Shown here one piece after another: positions 38,597 through 56,375 of a DNA stretch of 64,000 nucleotides. The stretch lies in the NCBI RefSeq assembly GCF_009914755.1, contig NC_060926.1; one strand, 5' to 3'. This DNA comes from the human T2T-CHM13v2.0 reference genome, Homo sapiens. Positions within the stretch are counted from its first letter, which is position 1, and each line of letters starts with the position of its first letter. A model generated the notes under the pieces. It made no database searches and had not been told where the DNA came from. It saw only the letters and a program-made list of their open reading frames with translations. A program made the translations under genes and the position numbers.

Positions 38597-39429
38597 CATG
38601 CACATATACCATCCACACATCCACATGCAGTCGGAACAGTCTCTGCATTAAGCCTCCCGGGGCAGTGGGTGGACGTTCACAGTCTCAGCTGCATCCCCGC
38701 ATAACCGAAAGAGCTGCCTAGGGGTTTTGCCCTGTACAGAGGGGCAGCTCCCGGTCTCTGGAGGTTCATTCCAGTCTCTCTGCTGAAGGAAGAAGGTACT
38801 GGTGACTTTCAAAAGTCACCTCTTCATTCCCTTGGTAGCCAGGATCCTGATGGCAGAGGTGGATATCCTGGGGCTGGCTGAGACAAGGCAGAGAAGATCA
38901 ACGCATTTCAGACAAGACCTGCTTTTTGTCCCTCTGCTCTTTGGTGACAAAGAGCTGGAGCCCAGCATGGGTCCAAGGTGCGTCCTCTGATTTCTTTGTA
39001 CAGGAGAACAAGGAATGAACTTCAGGTGGGGCTCTGTCGCTTGGGGGATCTTGGTCTTGTCATCACAAACAGCCCTGCCCTGGAACTATCATTGGCTGGC
39101 ACTTGGGCCTGATGACTTGAGTCCAGGTTATGGAGCCCAGAATGGGCAAAGCCAGGTCGTCGTGTGCCCGGCGTGTGTGTTTGTTTGGGGCTGCTCTGGA
39201 ACTTACTTGTGTAGAAGGAAGGGCAGGGAGGGAGCAGGTAGACAAAAGTGGTGCTTCACTGCCTCTGCAGCAGGCCACCAGCCTGGGTCTGACCTGGACC
39301 CAAGTCAGGCACCAGCCACCCTTGCAGACCTGTCCTTCCAAGATATCTGACACCTAAGCACCCAGGCAAATGTGAAGATGCCTCTAAAGGGAGCATTTTA
39401 GGACGACGATAGCAAAGCACTTATCACGA

Positions 39430-39912
39430 TCTGTTCACATGACTGTCTTCTGCCCCAGCAATTTGGTTCTCAAAGGCGTCCATGTTGGGAGGCGCCAGCA
39501 AGGGACCCAGCATCCATGCCAGGAGGACACCAGCAGTGCCCTGGGCCCCTGCCAAGGGTGAGGGCCATGCCACCTTCTGGGGCTGGGACTGGAACCATCT
39601 GGAGGCCACCAGGAGAAGCTGGAAAAGACCCAGACTTCCCATGACTGGTATTTCACATGGCTGCACTTGGGGTCTCCACGGCCAGTGTCCAGCTGAACAG
39701 GCAGAGCCCATCCCCTAAATGAGCGAGGCTCCGAAGTCATGTCTGCTACATTCTGTCAATTGCAGATGAGTCTCAGCCCCACTCCTTCCAAAATACAAGA
39801 GAAGGGCCATCGTCCCCAGCTCTCCATGGAGGGGTGTCTAGGAGACACTGTTGAGGAGCAAGTGGGGGTGGGGGACAGTGTCACGGCCACCATTGGGAGA
39901 TGCACCATCCAA
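39430..39912 (-). mobile_element. MLT1F/G/H-like MaLR LTR
   Basis: 'CTGGAACCATCTGGAGG...GAAGTCATGTCTGCTACATTCTG...GGCCACCATTGGGAGATGCA'. Confidence 0.5.
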
Positions 39913-42398
39913 CCCTCTGCTCACAGTGCCCTCCCTACTGTCACACATTGCATCAATGATTCCCTTCTACTGCTCGGAAAATCCACAGCCCTGATGAAAT
40001 CCAACTCTCCACCTGCTCGGTGCCTCTCCCAAAGCAGCTAGAAGCACCAGAGGAAGCACACGCCCCTGGCCAGTCTCACTCTCCAATCCTGTTCTTTCCT
40101 GCAGCACTCTGCTCTGTTTCCCCTCCCCAAGAGGTCAGCAGTGACCCTCCGAGCTAAGCCCCTGCAGGCTGGTCTCCCTGAGCAGAGGGGCCTCCCAGAG
40201 CACCACGTGAATCAGCTGGGGACTACGTTAAGGCCTCCTTCTGGCAGAGGTGTCGATGGTGGGGATGGTGGATCAGGATGCTGCCTTCCTCCCCTGACAG
40301 ACAGCTGCCCTGTTAGGTCTGGTCTTCACTCTAGCAGCAAAGCCCTGCTGCTGCTTACATCTTTGAGAGCCTCCCTGCCCCTGTCACTGTTCCAGGAAGC
40401 TGGCCTCCTACTGCTTGTCCGTTCCCTTTGCCTAGTGGGAACCCCCACATCTCCCCTTTGCACACTGGCCCTTCATGTCCTTCATGTGAAGAGGTGGTGG
40501 CACCTGGGCATGTGTGGCAGCCAATCCCATATCTTCCACTCTTTCATCTCTCCAGTGAAAACCTCCTTCGGACATCCACTCTGCTAACCAGGGGCCCTCT
40601 GGAGCAGGCTTAGTAGTGTGTGGAGAGCTTGCAGCGGCTGTCCCTGAGGCACAGGCTCCTGGTTAGGGTATTTCCAGTGCGCCGTCCACTCCAAGAGTTT
40701 GAGTGAGGGGGGCTTCTGGCACACACCTAAATTGTGCTGTCTCTTCTCAAGTGCGTTAAAGAAAATTTCAGGCAATAGAAGATCCCAGTGCCACATCGGT
40801 GGCTGCATTTTCCCTCCAGGTTCTGAGAGACACTCCTGGGAGAGAGCCTGTGTGCACGTGTTTGTTTCCTAGCTGTGTACACAGCGGGCACCCATAGAGA
40901 GCCTTGTAACTTGGCTCCTGAGCCCTCTCTGTGGGCTGTGTCACAGGCCTGACTCAAGGGGCCTGGTCCTGACGCATCTCTCCGAGCTCCCCACGGGAGG
41001 GAGGGAGAGGAGGAGGAGGAGGGGGTCATGGGCAGTTCCTGTACTCCCCGGGTAAAAATCATTTCTTCCCAAGAATCACTGGTCTCTTCTTCTGAAGCTG
41101 ACCCAACCAGCCCCTCTGGCTGACTTCGTGGATAAACAGGGATGCAGGGAGGGGATACATCACACATCGTGTGACATTTTCCATGCGAGAGAGGCTGATG
41201 ACCACACCCCTATCGTAATGCCCCAGCGGATGGATCTGAAAAATCAGGGGGTTGGGCGGGGCTGCCTCCCAGCTCTGACATTCTGAACATATGGTGGGTG
41301 TGACGGCTGTGTGGGTGTGGGGAGATCTGTGTGTGTTGGGAAGCGGGCTGCAAAGCCGAGAAAGCAAACGTAGCTCTGAGAGTGGGAAGTCAAGTCTGGG
41401 CGGGGCATGCCTCCCTTCTGCTCTTCGGCCTACTGAGCAGCTCCCCTTTCCTCTGGGAACCAGCTCACCTTCTGCTTTTCCAGGGAATACGTTTGTAACT
41501 CTAATGGGGTATCCCAACATCTGCCTGGTCCATTTGACACCGTGATTTACCATAAAGGGAACTGTTTGCTGTCAGCTCCCGTGCGACAGGTACCTGAGTG
41601 CCACAGACACCTGCATAGATGAGTGAGAAGGGAGACCATCCTCTCGCAGTCCACACTCATCAAGAGCCCCCTCCTTACCCCAGACTGATTGTGCTGTAGC
41701 AGAGACAGTGATGGTATAATTCCAACCCGTGCCTTCACCTTTAGAGTCTTGATTTAGTGACACCCACGCGAATATGACAAATGGCTGGTGTGTAATTTTG
41801 GTTAGCAGCATATATGTCCCCAGAATCCAATATATTTCTTAACCTCATACAATTTAATAGAGGCCATGTGAATTTGCTTGAGACCTCATACACCTTAACT
41901 CAGCCTGTGATTTACAGCTAAACTTGGAAAACGAGCTAACGTCACATCAGAGCCACAGATCTTCAAGCATTATTTGTGTTAACGAGTTAGAAATCAAACA
42001 GCCTGCTCTTTTGGGTGTGGGAGGATTAGGCAGAGCTGCCCATTAGACCTCACTGAGCATTGTCAGTCCTTAAATGTTTGAAGAGGACATGGCCGTTGAG
42101 ACAATGGCTAGAATCATAGCTCGTCCCTTGCACTCCCACTCAGTGAGGACACGCGTCCCCTTGACTCCTGTGTCAGTTTGCTTACGGATCAACCATAACC
42201 TCTCCCAAGGGCAGACTGAAAGCTCCTCCACAGGCTGTGAGGTTCTTGGGGGCAGGTTGGTCTCTTCCTCTTTGTTTCCAAACCCCGGGTGTCTGGCAAG
42301 TAGGAATGGCGTGCTGAACCCTGGATATCCTGGGAAGCCTTGCTGCTTGCTGGACACTGCCAGCCCTGGAGCAGAAGTGTCAGGTGCGAGTTGTCTGA

Positions 42399-42903
<505 letters not shown>

Positions 42904-43920
42904 TAGAGGCGTCTCTTTTCTTCATCTAAAACACTTCCTTAGCACAGTTTCTTTGCCTGCTTTTTTTTCATCCTGCCCAGTTTGATAGGAAGATTTTCCA
43001 GAGGCATTGGGTCTAATTCTTTGATTTGGATTGTGACAATAGCTAGCACATGGCTGGCACTTCCTAGATGTTTAATAAATAATACTAATTATCCTAATAA
43101 CAGGCCTTCTGCTTGCCACCAGCTCTGCCCTCCTCCCTCCCACACGCTGCCAGCACCTTCTGGGGCTCCTTCCACCCCCTTTGCCTTCCTTGTTCACAAC
43201 TCAGTGGCCACGATCTGAACTGATTCAGACCTTGCTCAGCCTCCTGATGTGTTCCACCTCCCTACGGGGTCTTTACAACCGCCGTGAACAGAAACAGCTC
43301 CCTTTCTTCCAGGATTCGTGATTCATGCTGGGTTTTTTGTAGCATTTGTAGGTGACCATAGGGACCCCAGAACAACTTACAGGATGACCTAGAAGAAGAG
43401 CTGAGCTCATTTACTGGGGAGCTGGGATGAGTGTTTTCCGGCATGTTCAGCACAAGTGCCATCTCTGAACACCAAGCAGGCAGGAGCCCATGGAGATGAG
43501 CAGGGCCTGTCCCTGTCTCCAGGGGGCCACTGGCAGGGCAGGTAAAGCTAGCAATTAACCACAGTCCTACCACCTAGATCTGAAAAAGACACCATAAAGA
43601 GTATGTAATTAGCAAGTTCTTCATTGATGCTGCCAAAGGGCTGATGCTGCTTAGAAACAGTATCTTCTTATTTCTCTCCTGAGGAGAAACTGTTTTCCTG
43701 GATGGAGCAATGAGAGGTCAGTGCCCAGGGTTAGTTGAGCTAGCCTTTGATTTCAAACGGTTAGGAACTTGAATAGGTAAAATTTTAATGGAAATAAGTG
43801 TAAGACTTCCAAAAATGTGACTATTATTTGAGAAATAATGCAGCTCTTGCAAATTATAGAAAGTTTTCCACATGAGCAATGCTTCTGGTGTTAATTTAAA
43901 AATGCTTATGAGAGGCTATG

Positions 43921-44706
<786 letters not shown>

Positions 44707-44707
44707 T

Positions 44708-44900
44708 GGTGTAATATAATGGAAAGAGCTTTGGACTCAAATGAGACCTTCAGTTCCTCTGTTCAGCACTTGAGACACTTAGGCAAGTCATTGAGCCTCT
44801 TGAAGCATTTTTATCACCTGGAAAATGGGGGATCTATCTTACAGGGTCATCATAAGGACTGCTGCTCAGATAAACTTTAGTGGAATGCATTAATCATCAC
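44708..44900 (+). mobile_element. MIR
   Basis: 'GGTGTAATATAATGGAAAGAGCTTTGGACTC...TTAGGCAAGTCATTGAGCCTCT...AAAATGGGG'. Confidence 0.7.
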
Positions 44901-46699
44901 GCACAGCTGGCACAGGGCAGGCATGAAGGAGGGGAGAAGGCCTTCTCATCATCCAGTATCTGCTATGTTCCAAGGCCCGTGGTAAGTGTCAGAAATATAG
45001 GGAGTAAGGAAACCTAGACCTGCCCCTACGGAGGGCACAGACCTCTCCCTCCATGCCTTCCTCTCTACCCCCAGCAGAGGCAGCCCCACACACATACTGC
45101 ATGCTCACTGTGTGCAGGGGACGGTGCCTTGCACCTCTATTGGGAGACACTTCTGGGCCATCCAATGCCCTCATTATCCACTGGCCATGCCCGTCTGCCT
45201 CACGTTTCACCTGTCTTGGGAGCTGGCTGGTGATTGGTCTACTCCTGGGGAGGCAGAAGGAAAGCTCTGCTCCTGAACACCCAGATGCTGTCCACCGGGC
45301 CTGGCCCCACCCAGCAGCATCACTGCAGGTGGGCTCCTCAGGAAGGAGAGTGGGGCAGGCCTCTCTGTGCATCTCACCACAAGCCTGAGCACCTCATTCT
45401 CGTGTGTAAAATGATCTGTGGTCTCATTGTTCCCAGGAACAAAACCAGAGTGGTAAGCAAGGCTTGTGAGGCTGTGGGGACCGAGCTTGGTGGCCCCTGC
45501 TGCCTCTCACGGTTCTGCCTCTCCACACATGGACTTCCCATGGATGTGGCGCCCCTGCTCCCCCACTTCACTAAAACCCAAACTCATTTCTTAGAAATTT
45601 AGCATTCTGTAAGGTCTCACACCCACCAAAGGGTATTCACCGTGTTTGTGTAGACTCCGCATCATAATCATGAAATACTCCTGAACCTGCTACCAGCTCC
45701 AGAGCCACAGCCAGGCCAGCCCGTCCCTTCGCTGCTTCACAGTCACCTCCACTCCTTGTGCACCCCCAGCTCTCTGATCCTGTCTCTTGGCAAACTCCCA
45801 CCCAGGATATGCACCTCTCAACAGGCTGGGCTCTGCACCCCTGCAAGAATAGGGCCAAGAAAGCCTACAGCTGCACTGGCAGCCCCCAGGATAGCCCAGC
45901 CTGTGTGCCTGTTTCCCTGCATGGGTGCCCACGTTCCAGGCTACTTCCTCGCTATCTCTCTGCTCCTCAAACCACTCTCCCTATCAGAGGAGCACCCAGA
46001 GCAGCCTGTGTCGCACCTTCCACCTTCCTACAATGCCATCTGCCTGCACTCCTGCTCCTCCCGCACCTGCGCCCGGAGGGCTGTGCCTTCTCTGCTCCTT
46101 TCCATGTCTGTCCCCATCATCTCCCACCAGCGCTAGGACCTTCTCCAGCATTTCTCCCCTCTTTCTGCACCATCACGTTCTCCTGCTCTCCTTTAAAGCA
46201 AACCAACCAGCACGCAAGCAAACAGATGAAGCCACCCTCTTGGGTGCCCTTCCCAGGCCTGCTCTCTCACCCATGTCTTTGCTCCCCTTTGCAGCAACAC
46301 TTCGGAGCAGCTCTGGACCTTGTTGCTGTCTCCAGCTTCCCTCTCTCATTCCTTCTTGAGCCTGTTCTATCAGGAATCCTGCCCCTCCACTCCCCCAAAC
46401 CTGCTGGGATTGCAATCACCTCCAATCCAGAGGTGATGGCCTCCCTGCTGCACCCGAAGGCTCTGGGCGCTGAAATAACTTCGTTACCTGCTTGGGGGCT
46501 CTTGGCCCTCTAGTTCCTGTCCATTGGTGAGTCGCCTCCCCCTGCACTAATAGCATTTATCTTAATTATTCAGACTTGGACATCTGGTCTCTGGAAGGTC
46601 AGCTCGCGGCGCCCCCCACCCCCGGCGTTGTTCTGGCTCCCTATGGGCATCTGCATTTCCACTTAAGAATAACCCTGTGGAGTCCCACAGACATCATTG

Positions 46700-49380
<2,681 letters not shown>

Positions 49381-49719
49381 AGACATCTGGGTGAATCGTC
49401 CCTCCACGGCGGTTGCCTCTTCACCTCCTCGGCCTCCAAAGACAGTCTCTCTGGGGTTCTTTGCAGTGGTGGACAGGAATCCAGTTCTTGTTTCTTGGAG
49501 TGGGGGCGGGAGTGGTGATTAGAACACTCTTCTGGTGTTAGTATGTGTTAGCACTTTAAAAAGTCTTTCAATATTCTCACTTGAAAGGCTTTGATGAGGC
49601 CCTGCCTGCCATGGTGAGTTGAGAAGGACATGCCAGCCCCGTGGCATTCCCCCTCCCTGCCTAGCCCCTCCCTACCCTGGATTGGTCACAGCCCCGCCTC
49701 TCACTTTGGGTCCTAGTGA

Positions 49720-50195
<476 letters not shown>

Positions 50196-51161
50196 ACATG
50201 GAGAGCTTTCTAAAGCTTCTACAGAGAAGGAAGAGATTGGAATGTGGACTAAGATCTGAGTCAAGTTATTTTACTTGGTTTGGGACAAAAGAAAATCCTG
50301 TTTTGAGACAGATTTAAAGTGGGTTTATTACAGAGACAAAGGTTTTGTGGTGTTCTGTATTTCCTGAGATTTGCATGCAAATCCACACTTGGGGGAATAA
50401 ATACTAGCCCAGAAGAGCCTCCTCATCCAAGGCGGATCTCTTTCCTGAGACTCACATTCCACCTTTTCCTTTGCCTGTTCTCTGGGTCTCAGAGACACCC
50501 TGAACGGAGCTCATCTCCAGTCCATTCCTCCTGGCTGGGATGCAGGCCTGCTGCTGCTCTCCTTGGTGAGGCCAACTCCCTCGATCCTCTCAGCCTCTAC
50601 TCCACCACTCTCCTCTGGGTGGCACTGGGCCTCTCCTCATGTCGGGACCCCCTGCATCAGCACTCTGTTGAAACAGGTTGTCCACATGCCTGTCTCCCTT
50701 CTTGGAGGAAAGATTGGCCTCCAGGGGTGCCAGTGCCTCTACAGTGCTGGGCACACGTCAGCTCTGCTGTATGGAAATAGGACATTAAAGGGCCAGGAGT
50801 GTTGACACTTGGTTGGACAGGATCTCCAGACCCTGACACCTCCCCACTGCAATTGAGTGTTCCTCTGGGCCTCCAGGTGCACACTCTGACAGCTTGAGAG
50901 TTTTCAGGGACAGCCAGCTTGGGAGAGGCCAGGAGCAAGAGGGTGCTGCCAGGGAATGTGTGTAAACGGAGCACAGGATGTGACACGACAGAAGCCAGGA
51001 GGCCCTGTCCTCTTCCCAGGCTCCCAGGCTCTCTCGTGGCTGGTCTGTCTGATCCTCGCATAGCCTTGAGGAGTTGCTGGCAGTCCCATTCACAACAGGG
51101 AAATTTGAAGTTCAAGTCACACAATTACAAATGGGTTAACTGGGAATAAAACCTACATGCC

Positions 51162-51481
51162 GGCCAGGTGCGGTGGCTCATGCCTGTAATCCCAGCACTT
51201 TGGGAGGCCGAGAGGGGTGGATCACAAGGTCAGGAGATTGAGACCAGCCTGGCCAACATGGTGAAACCCCGTCTCTACTAAAAATACAAAAATTACCCAG
51301 GTGTGGTGGCGTGCACCTGTAGTCCCAGCTACTCAAGAGGCTGAGGCAGAAGAATCACTTGAACCAGGAGGCGGAGGTTGCAGTGAGCTGAGATCGTGCC
51401 ACTGCTCTCCAGCCTGGGTGACACAGTGAGACTCCATCTCAAACAAACAAACAAACAAACAAACACAACAAAACAAAAAAA
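51162..51481 (+). mobile_element. AluS (Sg/Sc-like) with (CAAA)n tail
   Basis: Full Alu body. Confidence 0.95.
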
Positions 51482-52177
51482 CCCCTATATCTCTGCCTCT
51501 GGTTCAGTGTTCTTCTCAGCAGAAAGCATGGGCTAGACTAGAGATGGGAGCACCAAGGCAGGAGGACAGACACAGGCTGTGATCTAGATGCAGCCTCTGC
51601 TGAGTCACTTGGCTGTGTGATCGTGGGTGAGTGACTTTGTATGAGTCCCAGTCTCCCTATCTGCAGAAGGGATGACCATGAAACCTCATAGGCTCACATG
51701 GATATTACTTGACACTTGGGCTCCGTTTAGGCACATATAGGAGCTCAGTAACATCTGTAATAGTCTGGTTGCCATGGTTAAGAAGAGACATTGCCAGTGG
51801 GAGTTGTGCTGGTGAGTGATGCCTGGAATGGTGGAAGGTTGTTGGGGTGGACTTGCTGGCCTCCACAGCTGCAGAGAGGACGTAGGGGGCATAGCGTCTC
51901 TTCAAACACACCAAGTGCTGACGTTGGGATAAGGGATCAGGTGCACTTTGCAGATGTACCTGGTATCCTTCCGAAGCGCAGAGCTTGGATCTAGTGGCTC
52001 AGGAGCACCCAAAGGGCTGGAGAGGTGGCCTCTGGTAGTGAGGATGCCACCCACATGTGTTCAAGCTGTGGCTGGATGAGCATTCACTGGGAATACTGGG
52101 GAGGGGGTTTTGGGTTTTGCAGGATGATGGAAACAGCCCGTGGAAGTCTTCCCAGACCAGGCTTTCTTTTCCATTTC

Positions 52178-52676
52178 TATGCCAGGCTAAATAATGGCCC
52201 CAAAGATATCCACATCCTAGTCTCTGAGAATGTGCTAGGTTGCCTGGCAAGGGAAAGTGAAGGTTGCAGATGGAATGAAGCCTGCTCATCAGCTGACCTC
52301 AAGGCAAGGAGCTTACCCTAGATTATCTCGGGGGGCCCCGTGTAATCACAAGCATCCTTGCAAGTGGAGAGAGAGGCAAGAGGTGAGAGCTGGGTGCTGC
52401 AATGCGAGAGCGGCTCCGCCAGCCATTGCCGTCTTGAAAGAGGAAGGGCCCCTGGTCTGAGAAACGTGGGTGGCCTCTGGAAGCCAGAAGGGCAGGAAAC
52501 AGATTCTCCCCCAGAGCCTCCAGAAAGAAATGCGACCTTGCTGATGCCTTCCTTTTAGCCCAGTGAGGGCTGTTTTGGACTTCTCACCTCCTGCACTGTG
52601 AGATAATATATGTGGGCCGGTTAAAGCCACTGAATTCATGGTGATTTGTTATATTTGTCATAGAAAACAAATGCAG
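52178..52676 (+). mobile_element. MLT1D MaLR solo LTR
   Basis: 'AATAATGGCCCCAAAGATATCCACATCCTA...TTGCAGATGGAAT...GGAAACAGATTCTCCCCCAGAGCCTCCAGAA...AAGCCACT'. Confidence 0.88.
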
Positions 52677-53086
52677 CTTCATTTCCCACAAAGTTAGAAT
52701 AGAATTTTGGTTTTCATGCCTTTAAAACCCACAGCTGAGTTGGGCATTTCCAGGTTTTGAGCAAACACAGATGAATGACCGTGTTACGGGAAGTGAAGCC
52801 AGGGCCCTGGTGTGGGCTGAGCAGAGCAGCCTTGCCCTGGTGGGTTTGGGCCAATTCAAAGCACCCTATCGCTAAGCTCTACACACAATTCAGTAAATAA
52901 CAAACACAATCCACAGATTGGTTGTGAAGCATGGGATGATGAATAATTCATGAGCCAGCCTGGCAGCTCACAGCAGGGACCCTGGAATGTGGCTCCAGTA
53001 CTGGGAACTAGGACAATAGGGCCTCAGGGCAGGATGTTTCTTTGTCCTTTAGTCCCACATCTCAGCCCCTGCACTGCCTTTGGGAT

Positions 53087-53511
53087 GTGAAAATTGATTA
53101 TACAAAATGGAGACATTTTTATCACATCTAACTAAAACAGAGTTGGGGGCCTTAGGGAAAAACACCCAGGTCACAAACGCCTACTCCCGGAACTGTCCCG
53201 CAAGGCCAGTCCAAAACCCGCATGGGCCTGCCATGACCCTAAGCTTTCAAGTTTTACTGGGAACTGCTGCCATTCTCCCTCAGGACTCGCTGGCTCCTGC
53301 AGGACACCACCCCCACTGAGGAAAGAACTTTCAGAACAGCTTTACAGAACCTTCCTCTCTTCTGCAAGGAAACCCCAGGCTTTCACTTTGTTCTTCGAAC
53401 ACACCTAGGGGCCACCCAAATTTGAGTCCCGAGTGGCAATTCTTGTACATTATTCCCAAATAAACTGTCTGCTTGGAGATTCACCTCTCTATATGTTATT
53501 TCATATTGACA
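53087..53511 (+). mobile_element. ERV solo LTR (LTR47/MER72-like, subfamily uncertain)
   Basis: TG...CA termini (TGTGAAAAT...ATATTGACA) and 'GGCAATTCTT...TCCCAAATAAA' poly-A region. Confidence 0.55.
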
Positions 53512-55199
53512 TGAACAGTGGCCTGAACATCTGCTCTGCTTGTCCTAGCAAGGGACCTGGGGCATGTCACTGGGACTCTAGGGCCTCATTTTCCTCCTAG
53601 AAAATTAGTGGGGGCTGCTGATAGCTCTTCCTCCGGTGGCATGTGTGGAGTACTCGTGTGGAGTACTGCACGAGGCGTCTGGAGTGCTCATCAGTGCTGG
53701 TCTTACCCAGCAAGGGCTGCCGAGGGGTGTGCTGGGATGCCCTCTCCAACAGATCCTGTGGGAGAACCGTCAGGATTGCACCCAACAGCCAAGTACGGAT
53801 AGCCAGTGTGGGGGCAACAGATTTGGCTGTGGCTTATCCTCTGCTCTCCGCCTTTTCCTCCAGGCTTGTGCCTTGGATATTCAGGCAGGCAGAGGCCTTG
53901 TGTCTCCTGACTCCACGCCCCGTGCTGACTGACGCCACGTGCTGTTCTATCCACTAGGGGGTTTTCAAGTCCAAGAGTGACTCAGTTTAAGTCTTTAAAA
54001 ATGAAAGGCTTCCTTGATAGAACCCGTAATACAGAAAGAGGGAGAGACAGAAAAGAGATATTCTCTCTTTCCAGAAAGTCTTGGACAGTAGGTATTGGTG
54101 TGAAAAGTCAACACATCCCATGGCCCCTCAGAGCCGTCCTTGCATGTCCATCCACATTTCCTTGCAAATCTTTGATAGGATGCAAGGCTGTGAGTGGTGA
54201 GTTTGGGCTCTGAGCCTGCCAGTTTCTCTGTGACCCAGAGACCCCAGTGCAGGGATTCCTGATGCCATGGCCCAGTCCTCCCCTGCCATGAGCAGGCAAG
54301 GTATCTCTCATGCCTAGTCGAGTGGACAGGTCACGTGCACAGCTGACCATGTACTACAGGCTGCTTCTGCTGACCAGGAAGTCAGGCTGTGCATGGAGCA
54401 GAACTTCCCTGAGATCATAGGCTCCATGTCAGAGTCAGGACCAGCCCAGAGGCCTGGGCTTCTGACCAGTGCTCTGCCAAATGATGGACAGGTTGGCCAG
54501 ATTTCTGTGCTCTGAGAGCTGGTCCCAGATGTTTCCAGCATCAAGGATGTTTCTTTTACTTTCCTGGTGAACAAATGCAGCAATGTCATCACACAGAGTT
54601 CCCCATGACCCAGGATCCAGATGCCTCCTGGTGATGGAGATTCAATGCTGCTCCACTCCTTGCCATGTGTCCAGCAGTGTAGATGGCTCTGATGTGCTGA
54701 CTTTTCACACCAAAACCTGCTGTCCAAGACTTTCTGGAAAGAGAGAATGTCTCTTTTCTCTTTCTCCCTCTTTTTGTATTTAACGGGTTCTATCAAGGAA
54801 CACTTTGGTTTTTAAAGACTTACATTGAGTCACTGTGGGACTTGAAAACCCCCTAGTGAATGAAACAGCATGGGGCATGGAGTCAGGAGACGTGAGGCCT
54901 CTCCCTGCTTGAGCATCCACATCTGCAGGTGGCCCTGGGCCAGGCAATCGCTCTCTTTCATCTGCATACAGGGCCAGGAGGGCCTGCCTACCTCATGCAT
55001 AGAATTGCTGAAGGTCTTGTGCCACTTTGGGGAAATGCCAAGTGCTGGACAGAGAGGGGAAGAGGAGAGAGACTGGTGGGTAATTAGGGCATTTGTGAGG
55101 GTGGAGACGTGGCTCGTGACAATCTGCCTTTACACAAGGCCCACTGAGTGCCTGGGGCTTTCCATACACTGCCGCCTTTAAATCTTTTACCTTCCTGTG

Positions 55200-55345
55200 T
55201 TTGAAGACACCTTGTTCCCACTTCTCAGATGAGACTCAGAAACAGATGGAGGTTTGCCAAGGACACACGGCAAGGGAATGGCAAAGCTGTGACTTCAAAA
55301 ACAGGCTTATCTCAGGTCCAGACTCATGCTCGTGGCCTCTACCCA
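55200..55345 (-). mobile_element. MIR
   Basis: 'CCCACTTCTCAGATGAGACTCAGA...TTTGCCAAGGACACACGGC'. Confidence 0.55.
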
Positions 55346-55347
55346 CC

Positions 55348-55722
55348 TGTTAGGAATGGAATTGTTTCCACCCCAAATTTCTTTCTTAAGGCCCTAACCT
55401 CCAATGTGGTACTGGTATTTGAAGACGACAGGGGCTTTAAGGGGATGATTAAAGCCAACGAGGTCCTGGCATGGGGTCCTACTCCAGTCTGACTTGTGTC
55501 CTTATAAGGAGAGACAGAGGCACCAGGGGAGGGCGATGTGAGGACTCAGCTGGAAGGTAGCTATCTACAAGCCGGGGAGAGGCTTCTGCAGGAACCAACA
55601 CCGCTGATGCCTTGGTCGCGAGCTTGCAGCCTCTCGAGCTGTGAGAAATGAAAAACAAGTGTCTGTGGTCTGAGCCAGTCAGTCTGTGACATTCTCTTAC
55701 AGCAGCCTAAGTAGGCTAAGAT
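55348..55722 (+). mobile_element. MLT1B-like MaLR solo LTR
   Basis: 'CCTAACCTCCAATGTG...TGTCCTTATAAG...ATCTACAAGCC...CTGTGAGAAAT...GGCTAAGA'. Confidence 0.8.
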
Positions 55723-56169
55723 GCTGACATTCTAGGCTGAAGGGTTGAGTGGCGAGGCTGTGTGGGCAGGCAGAGGCTGGACCAGGGGCCTTCCGATGCC
55801 GCCTGGACCCAAGGCTTGGGCTCCCTAGAGTGGGCAGAGAGTTGGAGTCCCCAGGGACTTTCCCAAGGCAGATTGACAGGTTCCCCCAGTATCTGCTGAA
55901 AGGGAATCTCTGGGGTGAGCCCTGAAGAGGCTGGGGACAATGTCAGATGGTGGCATTTGCATCTGTGTTCCATTGGGAATGATGTAGCCAGATCTGGTTT
56001 CAGAAGAATCATCCAGACTGAGTGAAGGCCTAGCCTAGGGAGTCATATGGCGAGAGGAGGGGAGGACAATCAAAGGTCCTTGTCTTCAGTCTACCAGGGC
56101 AGAGACGAGGCCAGAACTGGGAAGGCAGCAGGGGGATTGGTGAGAGGGATGTTCTGAGACAAAGTCAAT

Positions 56170-56375
56170 AAGCTTAGAGTCAGATTTGGGTGACAAGTTC
56201 ACCTCTGCCACTTAACTCTTGAGTGAGTTTACATAACTCAGATGTCAATGTTCTCAATGTAAAATGGAGTGAAAATGTCTCTTGAATGGGACCGTCATGA
56301 AGTTCATGTGAGGGAAGTGTATTTGCAGGGTGCAGCGTGGTGCCTGACATTGAGGAGCTGTTGAGTGCATGCTGG
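56170..56375 (+). mobile_element. MIR
   Basis: 'AGAGTCAGATTTGGG...CTCTGCCACTTAACT...GTAAAATGG...GTGCCTGACAT'. Confidence 0.65.

Noticed and set aside
45758-46513. 251-aa ORF
   Set aside because: GTG start in C-rich degenerate (probably L2-derived) sequence with no recognisable family.
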